Position numbers and translations under genes: made by a program. 64,000 nucleotides of DNA, taken from an uncultured Peptostreptococcaceae bacterium (GTDB taxonomy: Bacteria; Bacillota; Clostridia; Peptostreptococcales; BM714). This document shows, in pieces, positions 37,192-48,092 of this stretch (positions within the stretch are counted from its first letter, which is position 1; every line of letters begins with the position of its first letter). The stretch is from contig CAZXWC010000002.1 of assembly GCA_964644525.1 (NCBI GenBank), forward strand, positions 41-64,040, written 5' to 3'. The notes beneath the pieces are model-generated. The model was not told where the DNA came from and searched no databases. It saw only the letters and a list, made by a program, of their open reading frames with translations.

Positions 37192-38077
37192 GGCAGGTTT
37201 TTATCTGATTAAAGAGGGTTTTGCAAACATACGAAGGAACAGGATGATGAGCATTGCTTCAATAGGTTCGGTTGCTGCAGCCCTCATGATACTCGGCATG
37301 GTTTTTCTTTTGATTATCAACATGAATCACATGGTTGAGGACGTAAAGCAGCAGTTTGACTCAATTCAATTGTATTTGCGCGATGATGTTGAAAACGAGC
37401 AAATACTGGCCGTGAAGTCAAGATTGGAAGGGGTTGAAGGAATTCGAGAAATTGAATTCGAGTCCAAGGAGACGGCGTTGGAAAAAATGAGGGAAAAATG
37501 GGGCGACCAGGCATACTTGCTTGAAGGACTTGAGAGCAATCCTCTCCCAAATTCCATAATTATTTATGTCAAGGACATAGCTTATAGCGATTCAATCGTT
37601 GAGGAAGTCTCGGGGATAGGAGGCGTAGAAGAAGTCAAGTACTACAATGATATCGTTCAAAAACTTCTTTCAATAGCGAATTTTATAAGACTTCTTGGAC
37701 TGGTAGTCATAGCAATTTTAGTTTTTTTGTCGATTTTTATAATTGGCAATACAATAAAGCTAACTGTTGCCGCACGGAAGAGGGAAATAAACATAATGAA
37801 ATACGTTGGGGCAACCAATTGGTTTATTAGATGGCCCTTCTTTATTGAAGGAATGGTTCTGGGATTGCTTGGAGCCATTGTGTCTCTTGCAATAGTTTAT
37901 TTTGGATACTCGTATATATACAGTGCCGTTTCCAATCAGATATACATGTTGCTTACAACCTACATTGTTCCCATGAATGCCATAATCAAGGATATGACGG
38001 TAATATTTGCAGTTCTTGGAATGGGAATAGGGGCATTGGGCAGCATACTTTCAATGAGAAAGTATTTGAAGGTATAA
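37181..38077 (+). CDS. ftsX: Cell division permease FtsX
   Basis: Four-TM FtsX layout with an extracellular loop domain. 'MKYVGATNWFIRWPF'. ATG 37181 lies 8 nt after GGGGGTG; an alternative ATG is at 37175. Confidence 0.85.
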   Translation: MKIRAGFYLIKEGFANIRRNRMMSIASIGSVAAALMILGMVFLLIINMNHMVEDVKQQFDSIQLYLRDDVENEQILAVKSRLEGVEGIREIEFESKETALEKMREKWGDQAYLLEGLESNPLPNSIIIYVKDIAYSDSIVEEVSGIGGVEEVKYYNDIVQKLLSIANFIRLLGLVVIAILVFLSIFIIGNTIKLTVAARKREINIMKYVGATNWFIRWPFFIEGMVLGLLGAIVSLAIVYFGYSYIYSAVSNQIYMLLTTYIVPMNAIIKDMTVIFAVLGMGIGALGSILSMRKYLKV

Positions 38078-38092
38078 TCGGGAGGTGTCGGA

Positions 38093-39223
38093 ATGAAAGG
38101 CAAAAAAGTTTTATGGTTTGTGGTGTTTATAATGGTTTTCGCGTTTTGCCTGCAAGCTTTTGCTGACAGCATAAGTGACGACAATGCAAAACTAAGTGAC
38201 GTCAACAAGCAAATTGAAAGCATACAGGCCAAAATAGATGAAAATACTGTCAAAAACAAGGGCTTGGCAGAAAGAATCGGGGATTTGGACAAATCCATTG
38301 GACTGATAGAAGAAGCCATGAGATTGCTGGACCAGGACATGGAGAATACCCTTAAAGATATCAAGCAGAAGGAAGAGGAGCTTGCAGAAGCGGAAAGCAA
38401 CATAGAAGGAAAGACGGAAGTGATGAATTCCAGGCTGAGGGTAATGTACAAAAACAAAGAAATCGGTTATATCGAGGTTTTGCTTGCATCTGAGAATTTC
38501 AGCGATTTGATTACACGACTGGATATGGTTAAAAAAATTTTCACGCATGATGTAAATTTGCTTAAATACATGGAAGAACAAAAGGAACTTATTTTCATAA
38601 GGAAACAGGAACTTGAAGCAAACAGGCTAAGGCTTGTGAATTCGAAAGAAGAAAAAAAATCGAAAGCCAAAAGTCTGCAGGTCAACAGGGGAAAACTTGA
38701 AAGAGACAAAGAGGCTTTGGTTAAAAATACTGCTGAACTTGAAAAATCAGAAAACGAATTAATAGATTTGGCAAAAAAAATAGAAGATGAAATAAGAAGA
38801 AAGCAATCGGATGCTGCTTATGTAGGCGGAATAATGACATGGCCGGCTCCCGGATACACTCGCATAACTTCGCCATTCGGATACAGGATTCATCCCATAC
38901 TAAAAACAAGGAAACTCCATACGGGAATTGATATAGGAGTGCCTGCGAATTCGACAATTGTGGCAGCACAAAGCGGAACGGTGATTGCGTCAGGATACAA
39001 TGGAGGCTATGGGAAAATTGTAATGATTGACCATGGAGGCGGTATAGTCACATTGTATGCCCACAACAACACATTGCTTGTAAGGGAAGGCGATAAAGTG
39101 GACAAAGGACAATCCATTTCAAAGTCGGGAAGCACAGGATTGTCTACAGGACCGCATCTCCACTTTGAAGTCAGGGAAAACGGTAAATATGTCAATCCGA
39201 TTCCTTGGGTAAAAGGAAACTGA
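38093..39223 (+). CDS. Coiled-coil M23 family metallopeptidase (EnvC/murein hydrolase activator-like)
   Basis: Signal peptide, a long coiled coil, and M23 motifs 'HTGIDIG' and 'GPHLHFEV'. Confidence 0.85.
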   Translation: MKGKKVLWFVVFIMVFAFCLQAFADSISDDNAKLSDVNKQIESIQAKIDENTVKNKGLAERIGDLDKSIGLIEEAMRLLDQDMENTLKDIKQKEEELAEAESNIEGKTEVMNSRLRVMYKNKEIGYIEVLLASENFSDLITRLDMVKKIFTHDVNLLKYMEEQKELIFIRKQELEANRLRLVNSKEEKKSKAKSLQVNRGKLERDKEALVKNTAELEKSENELIDLAKKIEDEIRRKQSDAAYVGGIMTWPAPGYTRITSPFGYRIHPILKTRKLHTGIDIGVPANSTIVAAQSGTVIASGYNGGYGKIVMIDHGGGIVTLYAHNNTLLVREGDKVDKGQSISKSGSTGLSTGPHLHFEVRENGKYVNPIPWVKGN

Positions 39224-39239
39224 TTGAAAGGATGTATAG

Positions 39240-40457
39240 ATGAAGAAAAAGAAGTTAATTTTTATTATATTCATAACAGTGGTAATTTCAGTTTTGGGGA
39301 CACTTGCATTGGATAATTTACTTGGAATAAGATTCGGCACCCGAGTAATTTTGCCTGCGGAAGATTTGAAGGCTTACAGGGACATCCAGAAAAAGTATTC
39401 AAAACTCGAATATATAATTGATATGGCGGAAATGGAATACTATAAAGAAAACGATAGGCAATTACTGCTTGAAGGTGCATACAAAGGTGTTTTGGATGCA
39501 TTGGATGACCCATATTCGCTATATTACACATCGGAAGAATATGAACATATAAAGGAAATAAACAAAGGCAGCTATGGAGGAATAGGTGTTGTGGTAACAC
39601 CGGGGGAAGACGGCAGGATAAAGGTTATATCGCCAATAGAGGACACTCCTGGCGAACGTTCGGGCATTTTGCCCGGAGACAGCATTGTTTCCGTAGACGG
39701 AATTGCTGTTTTTGCCGATGAAATAGACGATGCTGTAAGCAGAATAAAAGGTCAACCCGGAGAAAAAGTTGTCCTTGGGATAGAAAGAGAAGGAAATGAA
39801 AACCCTTTTACCATAGAAATCATAAGGGAAGAAATAATATTAAAGGTTGCAAAGTCTGAAATTTTGGATGGAAACATAGGTTATCTCAGACTCACAATGT
39901 TCGATTCGAAATCGTATTCGGAATTCAAGGAGAAGTTGGGAGGCCTTAAAAGTAAAGGTGTAGATGGACTGATACTCGACCTGAGGAACAATCCCGGAGG
40001 GGAAGTAGACGAGTGCATAAAGATCGCTGATGAAATATTGGGCGGTCAAACTATTGTTGCAATCGATTACGGAGATGGAAAAATCGAAATCGAGACTTCC
40101 GACGAAGAGACTAAATTGAATATTCCACTCGTGGTGCTTGCTAATGAAAACAGCGCAAGCGCGTCAGAAATATTGATAGGAGCAGTTCAGGATAGCGGGT
40201 CAGGAACAATAGTGGGTCAAACAACATTCGGAAAAGGGCTGGTGCAGGTACTGGATCCTCTAAATGACGGTTCAGCTGTAAAACTCACTATTGCCAGATA
40301 CAAAACGCCAAGCGGACGAAATATACACGAAACAGGAATAGAGCCCGACATAATGGTTTCTTTGCCAGAGGAATTGTCTTATGACGATGAGGGGAATGTA
40401 ATAGATGAACAGCTTGAAAAAGCTCTTGAAGTTATTCTTGAGGCTGTAAAAAAATAG
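39240..40457 (+). CDS. ctpA: S41 family C-terminal processing peptidase
   Basis: PDZ segment 'GERSGILPGDSIVSVDG', 'LRNNPGG', catalytic 'NENSASASE' and 'TFGKG'. Confidence 0.85.
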   Translation: MKKKKLIFIIFITVVISVLGTLALDNLLGIRFGTRVILPAEDLKAYRDIQKKYSKLEYIIDMAEMEYYKENDRQLLLEGAYKGVLDALDDPYSLYYTSEEYEHIKEINKGSYGGIGVVVTPGEDGRIKVISPIEDTPGERSGILPGDSIVSVDGIAVFADEIDDAVSRIKGQPGEKVVLGIEREGNENPFTIEIIREEIILKVAKSEILDGNIGYLRLTMFDSKSYSEFKEKLGGLKSKGVDGLILDLRNNPGGEVDECIKIADEILGGQTIVAIDYGDGKIEIETSDEETKLNIPLVVLANENSASASEILIGAVQDSGSGTIVGQTTFGKGLVQVLDPLNDGSAVKLTIARYKTPSGRNIHETGIEPDIMVSLPEELSYDDEGNVIDEQLEKALEVILEAVKK

Positions 40458-40532
40458 AAAACTCTTGCTTGAAAGAGAGCTTATGCCGGCTTTTACGCCG
40501 GGTATTTTATAGAAGTGTGGAGGGCTGGATTT

Positions 40533-41768
40533 GTGTACGACTTGTATGGAATTTTAAAAGTTACAGTTTCGTCACTGACGGACGTGTTCATGGAACCGAT
40601 TTTTTTAATAGTGATACTTCTTGTTTATTTTCAATACAGAAAGCTTGAGAGGATGGAAACATCGCTCTATGGTAAAGCTGTTACACCCATAAAGAAAAAA
40701 ACGGCCTACTCCCTTGTTTTTGGAATTGCGGGAGGCTACCTGGGGACTGCCTTGATGACTGCATTGGGAATCACAATATCCATAGGTGATTTTTCCTATT
40801 TGCTTCCATTGGCTATTTTTTTGATGATGGTACGTTCCCGCTATATATGTTTTTCATATGCCGGAGGAATAATTTCCTTATTGAGTTTGTTGACAGCTTG
40901 GCCGGAAATCAATGTTTCAAGCATGATGGCGGTAGTGGCTGTTTTGCATATGATAGAGAGCATACTGATTTATATAGACGGAAATAGCTTTCCAACGCCC
41001 ATTATAAGCAGAGCTGAAGACAATAGCATTTGTGGCGGTTTCTATCTGCAAAAATTTTGGCCTATCCCTTTGATTGTGATTGTGGCTGTTATGGGAAGGG
41101 ATGTTCCTTTAAATACAGGGGCATTGCCTACATGGTGGCCGGCATTCATTCCTGGAGGGCAGAGCATTCAATCCGTAACGCTTCAGCTTACAGGATTGGT
41201 AGCTGTTTTAGGTTATGGAGATATGACGCTCTCGAGAATGCCCGGGGAAAAAACAAAAATAGCGGCAGGGCGTTTGGCTCTTTACAGCGTTGCCCTCCTT
41301 ATCCTTTCACTGCTTTCCACAAAAATTTACGCTTTCAAGTTCGTGGCGGCAATATTTGCGCCGCTTGCTCATGAGGGCTTGATTTTATACAGCCAAAGGG
41401 AAGAAAAGGCAAGAAAGCACTTGTTTGAAGCTGGAGATGCCGGAAACATGGTTCTTTGGGTTAAAAAAGACGGACCAGGACATGCTATGGGGCTCAGTCC
41501 CGGCGACAGGATAATCAAAATAAACAATATTCAACTTGTGGAAGACGAAGACATCCATTTGCTTCTTCAGAAGAAATTGCCGGTGATATGGATAGAAGTT
41601 ATGCATCCTGATGGAAGTATTGATATAAAGGAATACACCAATTACGGGAGCGGAATAGAAAGCCTTGACTGCATCTATGTTGAAAGGCGACCGAAAACAG
41701 TTTACAGATTCAATGCCAAGGAAAGCAGCAAATTCAAAAGGCTTTTGAGATATTTAAAAAGACATTGA
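40533..41768 (+). CDS. Polytopic membrane protein with a C-terminal PDZ domain
   Basis: Multiple TM helices, then 'GHAMGLSPGDRIIKINN'. Start uncertain: GTG 40533 lies 8 nt after GGAGGG, and the track ORF starts at 40515. Confidence 0.6.
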   Translation: MYDLYGILKVTVSSLTDVFMEPIFLIVILLVYFQYRKLERMETSLYGKAVTPIKKKTAYSLVFGIAGGYLGTALMTALGITISIGDFSYLLPLAIFLMMVRSRYICFSYAGGIISLLSLLTAWPEINVSSMMAVVAVLHMIESILIYIDGNSFPTPIISRAEDNSICGGFYLQKFWPIPLIVIVAVMGRDVPLNTGALPTWWPAFIPGGQSIQSVTLQLTGLVAVLGYGDMTLSRMPGEKTKIAAGRLALYSVALLILSLLSTKIYAFKFVAAIFAPLAHEGLILYSQREEKARKHLFEAGDAGNMVLWVKKDGPGHAMGLSPGDRIIKINNIQLVEDEDIHLLLQKKLPVIWIEVMHPDGSIDIKEYTNYGSGIESLDCIYVERRPKTVYRFNAKESSKFKRLLRYLKRH

Positions 41769-41817
41769 CCATTGTGAATATGTTATAATCAAAATATTGA
41801 CGATCAAGGGGGATTAC

Positions 41818-42939
41818 ATGTCGAACAATAAAAAAATAAGGTATTTGAATCTTTTGCCGGTTTTACTTATTTCATTCATAATGTACAAGATAGTGAATAA
41901 TTCTGAAATACTGGTAAAAGGTGCCGATTTCATAATTTCAATGATAGCTCCATTCATTTGGGCTTTTGCTTTTGCTTATCTAATAAATCCGCTCATGGTA
42001 AGGTTGGAAAAAGGAACATCTTTGAGCCGCGGTTTTGCTATACTTCTAATATATACTTTGATTATAGGAATAGTAATTGTCATACTGACATTTGTAACAC
42101 CTAAAATAATGAACAGTGTGGGGGAAATAATCGAAAAAATACCCGATTATATAAAAGCCACTGAAAATTATTTGAGGGAAAAAATACAAAGCTTCGGAAT
42201 ATTGAAAAAGTACAATGTGGATTCCTATCTCGAAGACAACCTCAATGCCATACTAGATCAGATAAATGGAACATTCAATCTGGAAAATGGAACGGCATTT
42301 ACGATAGCTGCTGTTTCAAAGGCTTTGAGTGTCACATCAGCCTTGCTGAGTTTTCTTATGGGTCTTATTGTTTCGGTATATATGCTGCTTGACAAGGAGA
42401 GTTTTGTAAGAGGAACAAAAAAAATAGCCTATGCGGTTTTAAAGAAAAATATGGCGGATGAATTTGTTGAATTCGGGAATACCGTTAACAGCATATTTGG
42501 TAGATATATAAACGGAAAATTGCTTGACTCAATTATAATAGGCGCAATTTGCCTTATAGGGCTTTCAGTTATGAAAATCGAGTTTGCCCTTCTTCTAAGC
42601 ATAATCATAGGACTAACAAATATGATTCCCTACTTCGGACCTTTCTTTGGAGCAATACCGGCTGTACTTATAACTCTGTTTGACAGTCCTTTGCGGGCAT
42701 TGTGGGTTTTGATATTCATATTGGTGCTCCAACAGTTTGACGGGCTTTATCTGGGTCCCAAAATACTTGGCGAAAAGGTTGGATTAAAGCCATTTTGGAT
42801 AATTTTAGCGATTATTGTCGGAGGAAAGTTGTTTGGCGTTTTGGGAATGCTCCTTGGGGCGCCTTTCGCGGCTGTGATAATAGAATTTTTCAATCGCTTC
42901 GTAAACAAGCGCCTGAAGGCCAGAAAATTGGAAATCTAA
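41818..42939 (+). CDS. AI-2E family transporter (PerM/YubA-like)
   Basis: 'NMIPYFGPFFGAIPA' signature and about 8 TM helices. ATG follows AGGGGGA. Confidence 0.8.
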   Translation: MSNNKKIRYLNLLPVLLISFIMYKIVNNSEILVKGADFIISMIAPFIWAFAFAYLINPLMVRLEKGTSLSRGFAILLIYTLIIGIVIVILTFVTPKIMNSVGEIIEKIPDYIKATENYLREKIQSFGILKKYNVDSYLEDNLNAILDQINGTFNLENGTAFTIAAVSKALSVTSALLSFLMGLIVSVYMLLDKESFVRGTKKIAYAVLKKNMADEFVEFGNTVNSIFGRYINGKLLDSIIIGAICLIGLSVMKIEFALLLSIIIGLTNMIPYFGPFFGAIPAVLITLFDSPLRALWVLIFILVLQQFDGLYLGPKILGEKVGLKPFWIILAIIVGGKLFGVLGMLLGAPFAAVIIEFFNRFVNKRLKARKLEI

Positions 42940-43017
42940 TCATTATGAAGATATTGCGGCAGGAGGTGTCCTGATGACTGAGACATTTTCTGCCCTTTCT
43001 CTATAGGGGGTGCTTGA

Positions 43018-44991
43018 ATGAGCCGATTCAAAATAATATCAGACTATTATCCCAAGGGAGACCAGCCAAGGGCTATAAATGGGCTTGTCAAAAGCCTTTC
43101 ATCAAAAGAAAAGTACAGGACCCTTCTCGGTGTCACCGGTTCGGGAAAAACATACACAATAGCAAATGTAATAGAAGAAATACAAAGGCCCACACTGGTA
43201 ATTGCTCACAACAAGACATTGGCTGCACAGTTATGCAGCGAGTTTAAGGAATTCTTTCCAGAAAACGCGGTTGAGTTTTTCGTGAGTTATTACGACTACT
43301 ATCAGCCTGAAGCCTATGTTGCCCACAGCGACACATATATAGAAAAAGACGCTGATATAAATGATGAAATAGACAAGCTGAGGCATTCCGCTACAGCCTC
43401 GCTTTCAGAGAGGCGTGATGTGATAATAGTCGCTAGCGTTTCCTGCATATACGGACTCGGGGATCCGATTGACTATAATAATATGGTGCTGTCGGTAAGG
43501 CCGGGAATGATGAAGGGTCGGGACGAAATTGTCAGGAAACTTGTTGATATACAATACGAGAGAAATGACATAAGTTTCGAAAGGAATACATTCAGAGTAA
43601 GGGGAGACACAATAGAAATTTTTCCGGCTTCATCGGGCGAGAACGCAATAAGGATAGAACTTTTCGGTGATGAAATCGATAGAATAACAGAAGTAAGCGC
43701 TTTGACTGGGGAAGTTTTGGGCATTCGCGAGCATGCAGCAGTGTTTCCCGCTTCTCACCACGTGACGAGCAGAGATAAAATAGAAAAGGCGATTATAAAA
43801 ATAGAAGCCGAATTGGAACAGAGGCATGAATATTTTACCAGCAGGGAAAAATTCGTAGAGGCGCAAAGAATTCGCCAAAAAACCATGTATGATATGGAAA
43901 TGCTGAGGGAAATAGGATTTTGCAACGGCATAGAAAATTATTCCAGACACCTTTCGGGCAGGGGTGAAGGGGAGAGGCCCTACACCCTGATGGATTATTT
44001 TCCCGACGACATGTTAGTTGTTGTGGATGAATCGCATGTCACATTGCCGCAGATAAGGGCAATGTATGCAGGTGACCGTTCAAGAAAGCAGAATCTTGTA
44101 GATTACGGTTTTCGTTTGCCTTCAGCCCTAGACAACAGACCGCTTGATTTTGGTGAATTTGAAAAATTGGCTAAGCAGATTATTTGCGTAAGCGCAACGC
44201 CCGGGCCCTACGAAAGGGATAAAAGCCACATAATAGTAGATCAGATAATAAGGCCTACAGGTCTTCTGGATCCGGAAATAAGCGTGAGGCCTGTGGAAGG
44301 CCAAATTGACGATTTGATTAGCGAAATAAATAAAAGAGTGGAAAAAAAACAAAGAAGCCTTGTGACCACGCTTACAAAGAAAATGGCCGAGAGACTTACT
44401 GAATATCTTGCAGAAACAGGAATAAGGGTAAAGTACATGCATTCGGATATAGATACTCTCGAAAGAATGGAAATAATACGGGAATTGAGAATCGGCAGTT
44501 TTGATGTTCTTGTGGGAATAAACCTTCTCAGGGAGGGACTCGACCTTCCTGAGGTCACGCTTGTAGCTATTTTAGATGCTGACAAGGAAGGCTTCTTAAG
44601 GTCTGAGACATCACTGATACAGACAATTGGAAGAGCTTCAAGGAATGTTGAGGGTTGTGTAATAATGTATGCAGACAGAATAACAAGGTCTATGGATTTA
44701 GCAATCAAAGAAACGAAAAAAAGGAGAAAAATGCAGTCAGCTTATAACGAAAAGCACGGAATAACGCCAATCACCGTCAGAAAGAATGTGCGAGATTTGA
44801 TTGGAGCCACCAAAGCGGCGGATCAGGAAGCAGTATTTGAAATTGAGGCTAAAATAAGTAATGATGAGTTGAATTCCGTGATAAATCATCTTAAAAAAGA
44901 AATGGAAACAGCCGCCAAATCTCTTGAATTTGAAAGGGCTGCAGAGATAAGGGATCGTCTTGTTGAAATTGAAAAGAAATTGAAGAAATAG
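43018..44991 (+). CDS. uvrB: Excinuclease ABC subunit B
   Basis: '[12 protein letters not shown]', 'DYYQPEAY', and the C-terminal UVR motif '[13 protein letters not shown]'. Confidence 0.95.
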   Translation: MSRFKIISDYYPKGDQPRAINGLVKSLSSKEKYRTLLGVTGSGKTYTIANVIEEIQRPTLVIAHNKTLAAQLCSEFKEFFPENAVEFFVSYYDYYQPEAYVAHSDTYIEKDADINDEIDKLRHSATASLSERRDVIIVASVSCIYGLGDPIDYNNMVLSVRPGMMKGRDEIVRKLVDIQYERNDISFERNTFRVRGDTIEIFPASSGENAIRIELFGDEIDRITEVSALTGEVLGIREHAAVFPASHHVTSRDKIEKAIIKIEAELEQRHEYFTSREKFVEAQRIRQKTMYDMEMLREIGFCNGIENYSRHLSGRGEGERPYTLMDYFPDDMLVVVDESHVTLPQIRAMYAGDRSRKQNLVDYGFRLPSALDNRPLDFGEFEKLAKQIICVSATPGPYERDKSHIIVDQIIRPTGLLDPEISVRPVEGQIDDLISEINKRVEKKQRSLVTTLTKKMAERLTEYLAETGIRVKYMHSDIDTLERMEIIRELRIGSFDVLVGINLLREGLDLPEVTLVAILDADKEGFLRSETSLIQTIGRASRNVEGCVIMYADRITRSMDLAIKETKKRRKMQSAYNEKHGITPITVRKNVRDLIGATKAADQEAVFEIEAKISNDELNSVINHLKKEMETAAKSLEFERAAEIRDRLVEIEKKLKK

Positions 44992-45001
44992 GGGTATGTC
45001 A

Positions 45002-47830
45002 ATGTCAAAGGAATATATAGAAATAAAAGGCGCAAAAGAACACAATCTTAAAAATATAGACGTAAAAATACCCAGGGACAAGCTGGTGGTAATAACCGGC
45101 TTAAGTGGCTCAGGCAAATCTTCTCTTGCATTCGACACAATATATGCAGAAGGTCAGAGGCGGTATGTAGAGAGTCTTTCCGCTTACGCAAGGCAGTTTC
45201 TTGGACAAATGGAAAAGCCTGATGTAGAGTATATCGAAGGACTGTCTCCGGCCATATCAATAGATCAGAAGACAACTTCAAGAAATCCAAGGTCCACCGT
45301 CGGGACGGTTACAGAAATATACGATTATTTGAGATTGTTGTATGCCAGAATAGGGATACCGCATTGCCCTGTATGTGGAATAGAGATTTCCCAACAAACT
45401 GTTGATCAGATAGTAGACAAGATAATGTTGCTCGATGAAGATACCAAAATACAGGTACTTTCACCTCTTGTAAGGGGAAAAAAGGGAGAGCACAAAAGAG
45501 AAATCGAGAAAATAAAAAAAGAAGGTTTCGTGCGAATAAGGATAGACGGAGAAATATTTGAAATTTCCGAGGAAATAAAGTTGGACAAGAACAAAAAACA
45601 TTCTATAGATATAATAATCGATCGTTTGGTAATAAGGGAGGGAATTGAATCAAGACTAAGTGATTCATTGGAAACTGCGTTGAGCTTTACAGATGGAATA
45701 GTAGCAGTCAATCTCTTAAATGGCGATGACATGATATTCAACACTAAATTTTCGTGCCCGGAACATGGACAGGGTATTGCAGAGATGGAGCCGAGGATGT
45801 TTTCCTTCAACAGTCCTTATGGGGCTTGTCCCAAATGTAAAGGAATAGGGTATGAATTGAAGGTGGATCCGGACCTGGTGGTCCCAAATAAAAAGCTTTC
45901 GATTAAAGAAGGCGCAGTTGATCCTATTTCAACAAGCGGGGAAGGCACATATTATGTTCAAATGGTAGAAAGTCTTGCAAGAGACCACTCAGCAGATATT
46001 GAAACGCCTTTTTTCAAATTACCCGACAAATTTGTGAAAGAATTGCTTTATGGAAGCGGGACGCGTAACATCGAATTCACATACGAAAGTCGATACGGAG
46101 GATTCCGGAAATACAGGGCTCCTTTCGAGGGTATGGTGAAAAATCTCGAAAGGAGATACAGGGAAACAAACTCGGATTATATGCGTAAAAAAATAGAGCA
46201 ATACATGAGCATGATAAAGTGCGACATGTGTAATGGAGAGAGATTGAAAAAAGAGTCGCTTTCAGTTTCTGTAGGAGCTTTTAACATTTCCGAAGTCACA
46301 CGCTTTTCAATAAGGGAGGCAGTGGATTTTTTCAAAGGATTAAAGCTTGATCAAAAGAAAGGCAAAATAGCAGAGCAAATATTGAAGGAAATTCTTGACC
46401 GGCTTGAGTTTTTGGAAAATGTGGGACTTGACTATCTCACTCTATCAAGGGCAGCCGGCACGCTTTCAGGAGGGGAATCCCAAAGGATACGCCTGGCTAC
46501 ACAGATAGGCTCCGGCTTGGTTGGAGTTCTTTATATCTTGGACGAACCGAGCATAGGGCTGCACCAGAAAGATAATGGTATGCTTCTAAAGACACTCAGG
46601 GACTTGACAGATATAGGAAACACTCTTATTGTAGTAGAACATGATGAGGAAACAATAAGGTTCGCCGATCACGTGATAGACATAGGTCCGGGAGCTGGAG
46701 AGCATGGCGGATACATCATGGCTAAGGGAACACCTGAAGAGATAATAAATAATGTGGATTCAATAACGGGTCAATATTTAAGTGGAGTCAGGAAAATCGA
46801 AATTCCACAAAAAAGACGCCCTGCAGACGGGCAATTCATAGAAATCAAGGGCGCACAAGAAAACAATCTGAAAAACATTGATGTGAAATTTCCATTAAAA
46901 GTATTTACATGCGTAACAGGTGTTTCAGGCTCCGGGAAAAGCAGTCTAATCAACGAAATACTCTACAAGAGTGCGGCGGCAAAGATACACAGAGCAAAAA
47001 AGAAGCCTGGAAAACACGAAGGAATATCGGGGCTTGAGTTTGTTGACAAAGTAATAGATATAGACCAATCGCCAATAGGTAGGACGCCGAGGTCGAATCC
47101 GGCTACTTACACAGGCGTATTCGATCCCATACGCGACATATTTGCCCGTTTGCCAGAATCAAAGATGAGGGGATACAAAAAAGGCAGATTCAGTTTCAAT
47201 GTTAAAGGCGGCAGGTGTGAAGCGTGCAAGGGCGACGGCATAATAAAGATAGAAATGCACTTTCTTCCTGATGTATACGTAGAATGCGATGTTTGCAAGG
47301 GTAAGAGATACAACAGGGAAACACTGGAAATCAAATACAAGGGCAAGACCATATCTGAAGTTTTGGATATGACGGTTGAAGAGTCTCTTGATTTTTTCGA
47401 GAACATACCCAAGATACAAAGGAAACTGAAAACATTGAATGATGTGGGGCTTGGCTATATAAGGCTCGGACAACCTTCTACCCAACTCTCGGGTGGAGAG
47501 GCTCAAAGAATCAAGCTTGCATCGGAACTGAGCAAGCGCAGCACAGGAAGAACGCTCTATATATTGGATGAGCCCACTACCGGCTTGCACATGGCGGATG
47601 TCCATAAATTGATAAGTGTCATAGAACGATTGGTCAAGTCTGGGAACACGGTCATAATCATTGAACATAATTTCGATATAATAAAATCTGCTGACTATAT
47701 AATAGACCTTGGCCCTGAGGGCGGATACAGGGGTGGAAAAGTCATAGCGAGTGGAACACCCGAAGAGATTGCCAACTGCCAACATTCTTACACAGGACAG
47801 TATTTGAAGAAAGTTCTTGCGGGCAAATAA
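45002..47830 (+). CDS. uvrA: Excinuclease ABC subunit A
   Basis: '[23 protein letters not shown]', zinc-finger Cys pairs, and a second ABC module '[10 protein letters not shown]'. An alternative ATG lies at 44996. Confidence 0.95.
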   Translation: MSKEYIEIKGAKEHNLKNIDVKIPRDKLVVITGLSGSGKSSLAFDTIYAEGQRRYVESLSAYARQFLGQMEKPDVEYIEGLSPAISIDQKTTSRNPRSTVGTVTEIYDYLRLLYARIGIPHCPVCGIEISQQTVDQIVDKIMLLDEDTKIQVLSPLVRGKKGEHKREIEKIKKEGFVRIRIDGEIFEISEEIKLDKNKKHSIDIIIDRLVIREGIESRLSDSLETALSFTDGIVAVNLLNGDDMIFNTKFSCPEHGQGIAEMEPRMFSFNSPYGACPKCKGIGYELKVDPDLVVPNKKLSIKEGAVDPISTSGEGTYYVQMVESLARDHSADIETPFFKLPDKFVKELLYGSGTRNIEFTYESRYGGFRKYRAPFEGMVKNLERRYRETNSDYMRKKIEQYMSMIKCDMCNGERLKKESLSVSVGAFNISEVTRFSIREAVDFFKGLKLDQKKGKIAEQILKEILDRLEFLENVGLDYLTLSRAAGTLSGGESQRIRLATQIGSGLVGVLYILDEPSIGLHQKDNGMLLKTLRDLTDIGNTLIVVEHDEETIRFADHVIDIGPGAGEHGGYIMAKGTPEEIINNVDSITGQYLSGVRKIEIPQKRRPADGQFIEIKGAQENNLKNIDVKFPLKVFTCVTGVSGSGKSSLINEILYKSAAAKIHRAKKKPGKHEGISGLEFVDKVIDIDQSPIGRTPRSNPATYTGVFDPIRDIFARLPESKMRGYKKGRFSFNVKGGRCEACKGDGIIKIEMHFLPDVYVECDVCKGKRYNRETLEIKYKGKTISEVLDMTVEESLDFFENIPKIQRKLKTLNDVGLGYIRLGQPSTQLSGGEAQRIKLASELSKRSTGRTLYILDEPTTGLHMADVHKLISVIERLVKSGNTVIIIEHNFDIIKSADYIIDLGPEGGYRGGKVIASGTPEEIANCQHSYTGQYLKKVLAGK

Positions 47831-48092
47831 AAAGAACCCGCAAAGGGGTTCTGGAGCGATTGGAATTCTATAGAAGCAAGGAAACGAAGTGCATAAGAAG
47901 ACTATTCCCTCCCATTAGAAGCTTTGATGTAATCAATTGTATTAAATAAACGATTAGCAATACTGTAATGCTGGCCCCAAAGGCCTTGAGCCTCGGTAAA
48001 GGGGGTTTGTCGCTGGTCATAAGCTAAGTCACTCTCCTAAGCAATAGTAGTTTAGATAATTTTAACACATTCATGAATTAATTGAAAGCAAA

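Noticed and set aside
42940-45001. LexA (Cheo-box, GAAC-N4-GTTC) operators upstream of uvrB and uvrA.
   Set aside because: No such motif was seen by eye in the uvrB leader or the 4-nt uvrB-uvrA junction. I make no SOS-box call.
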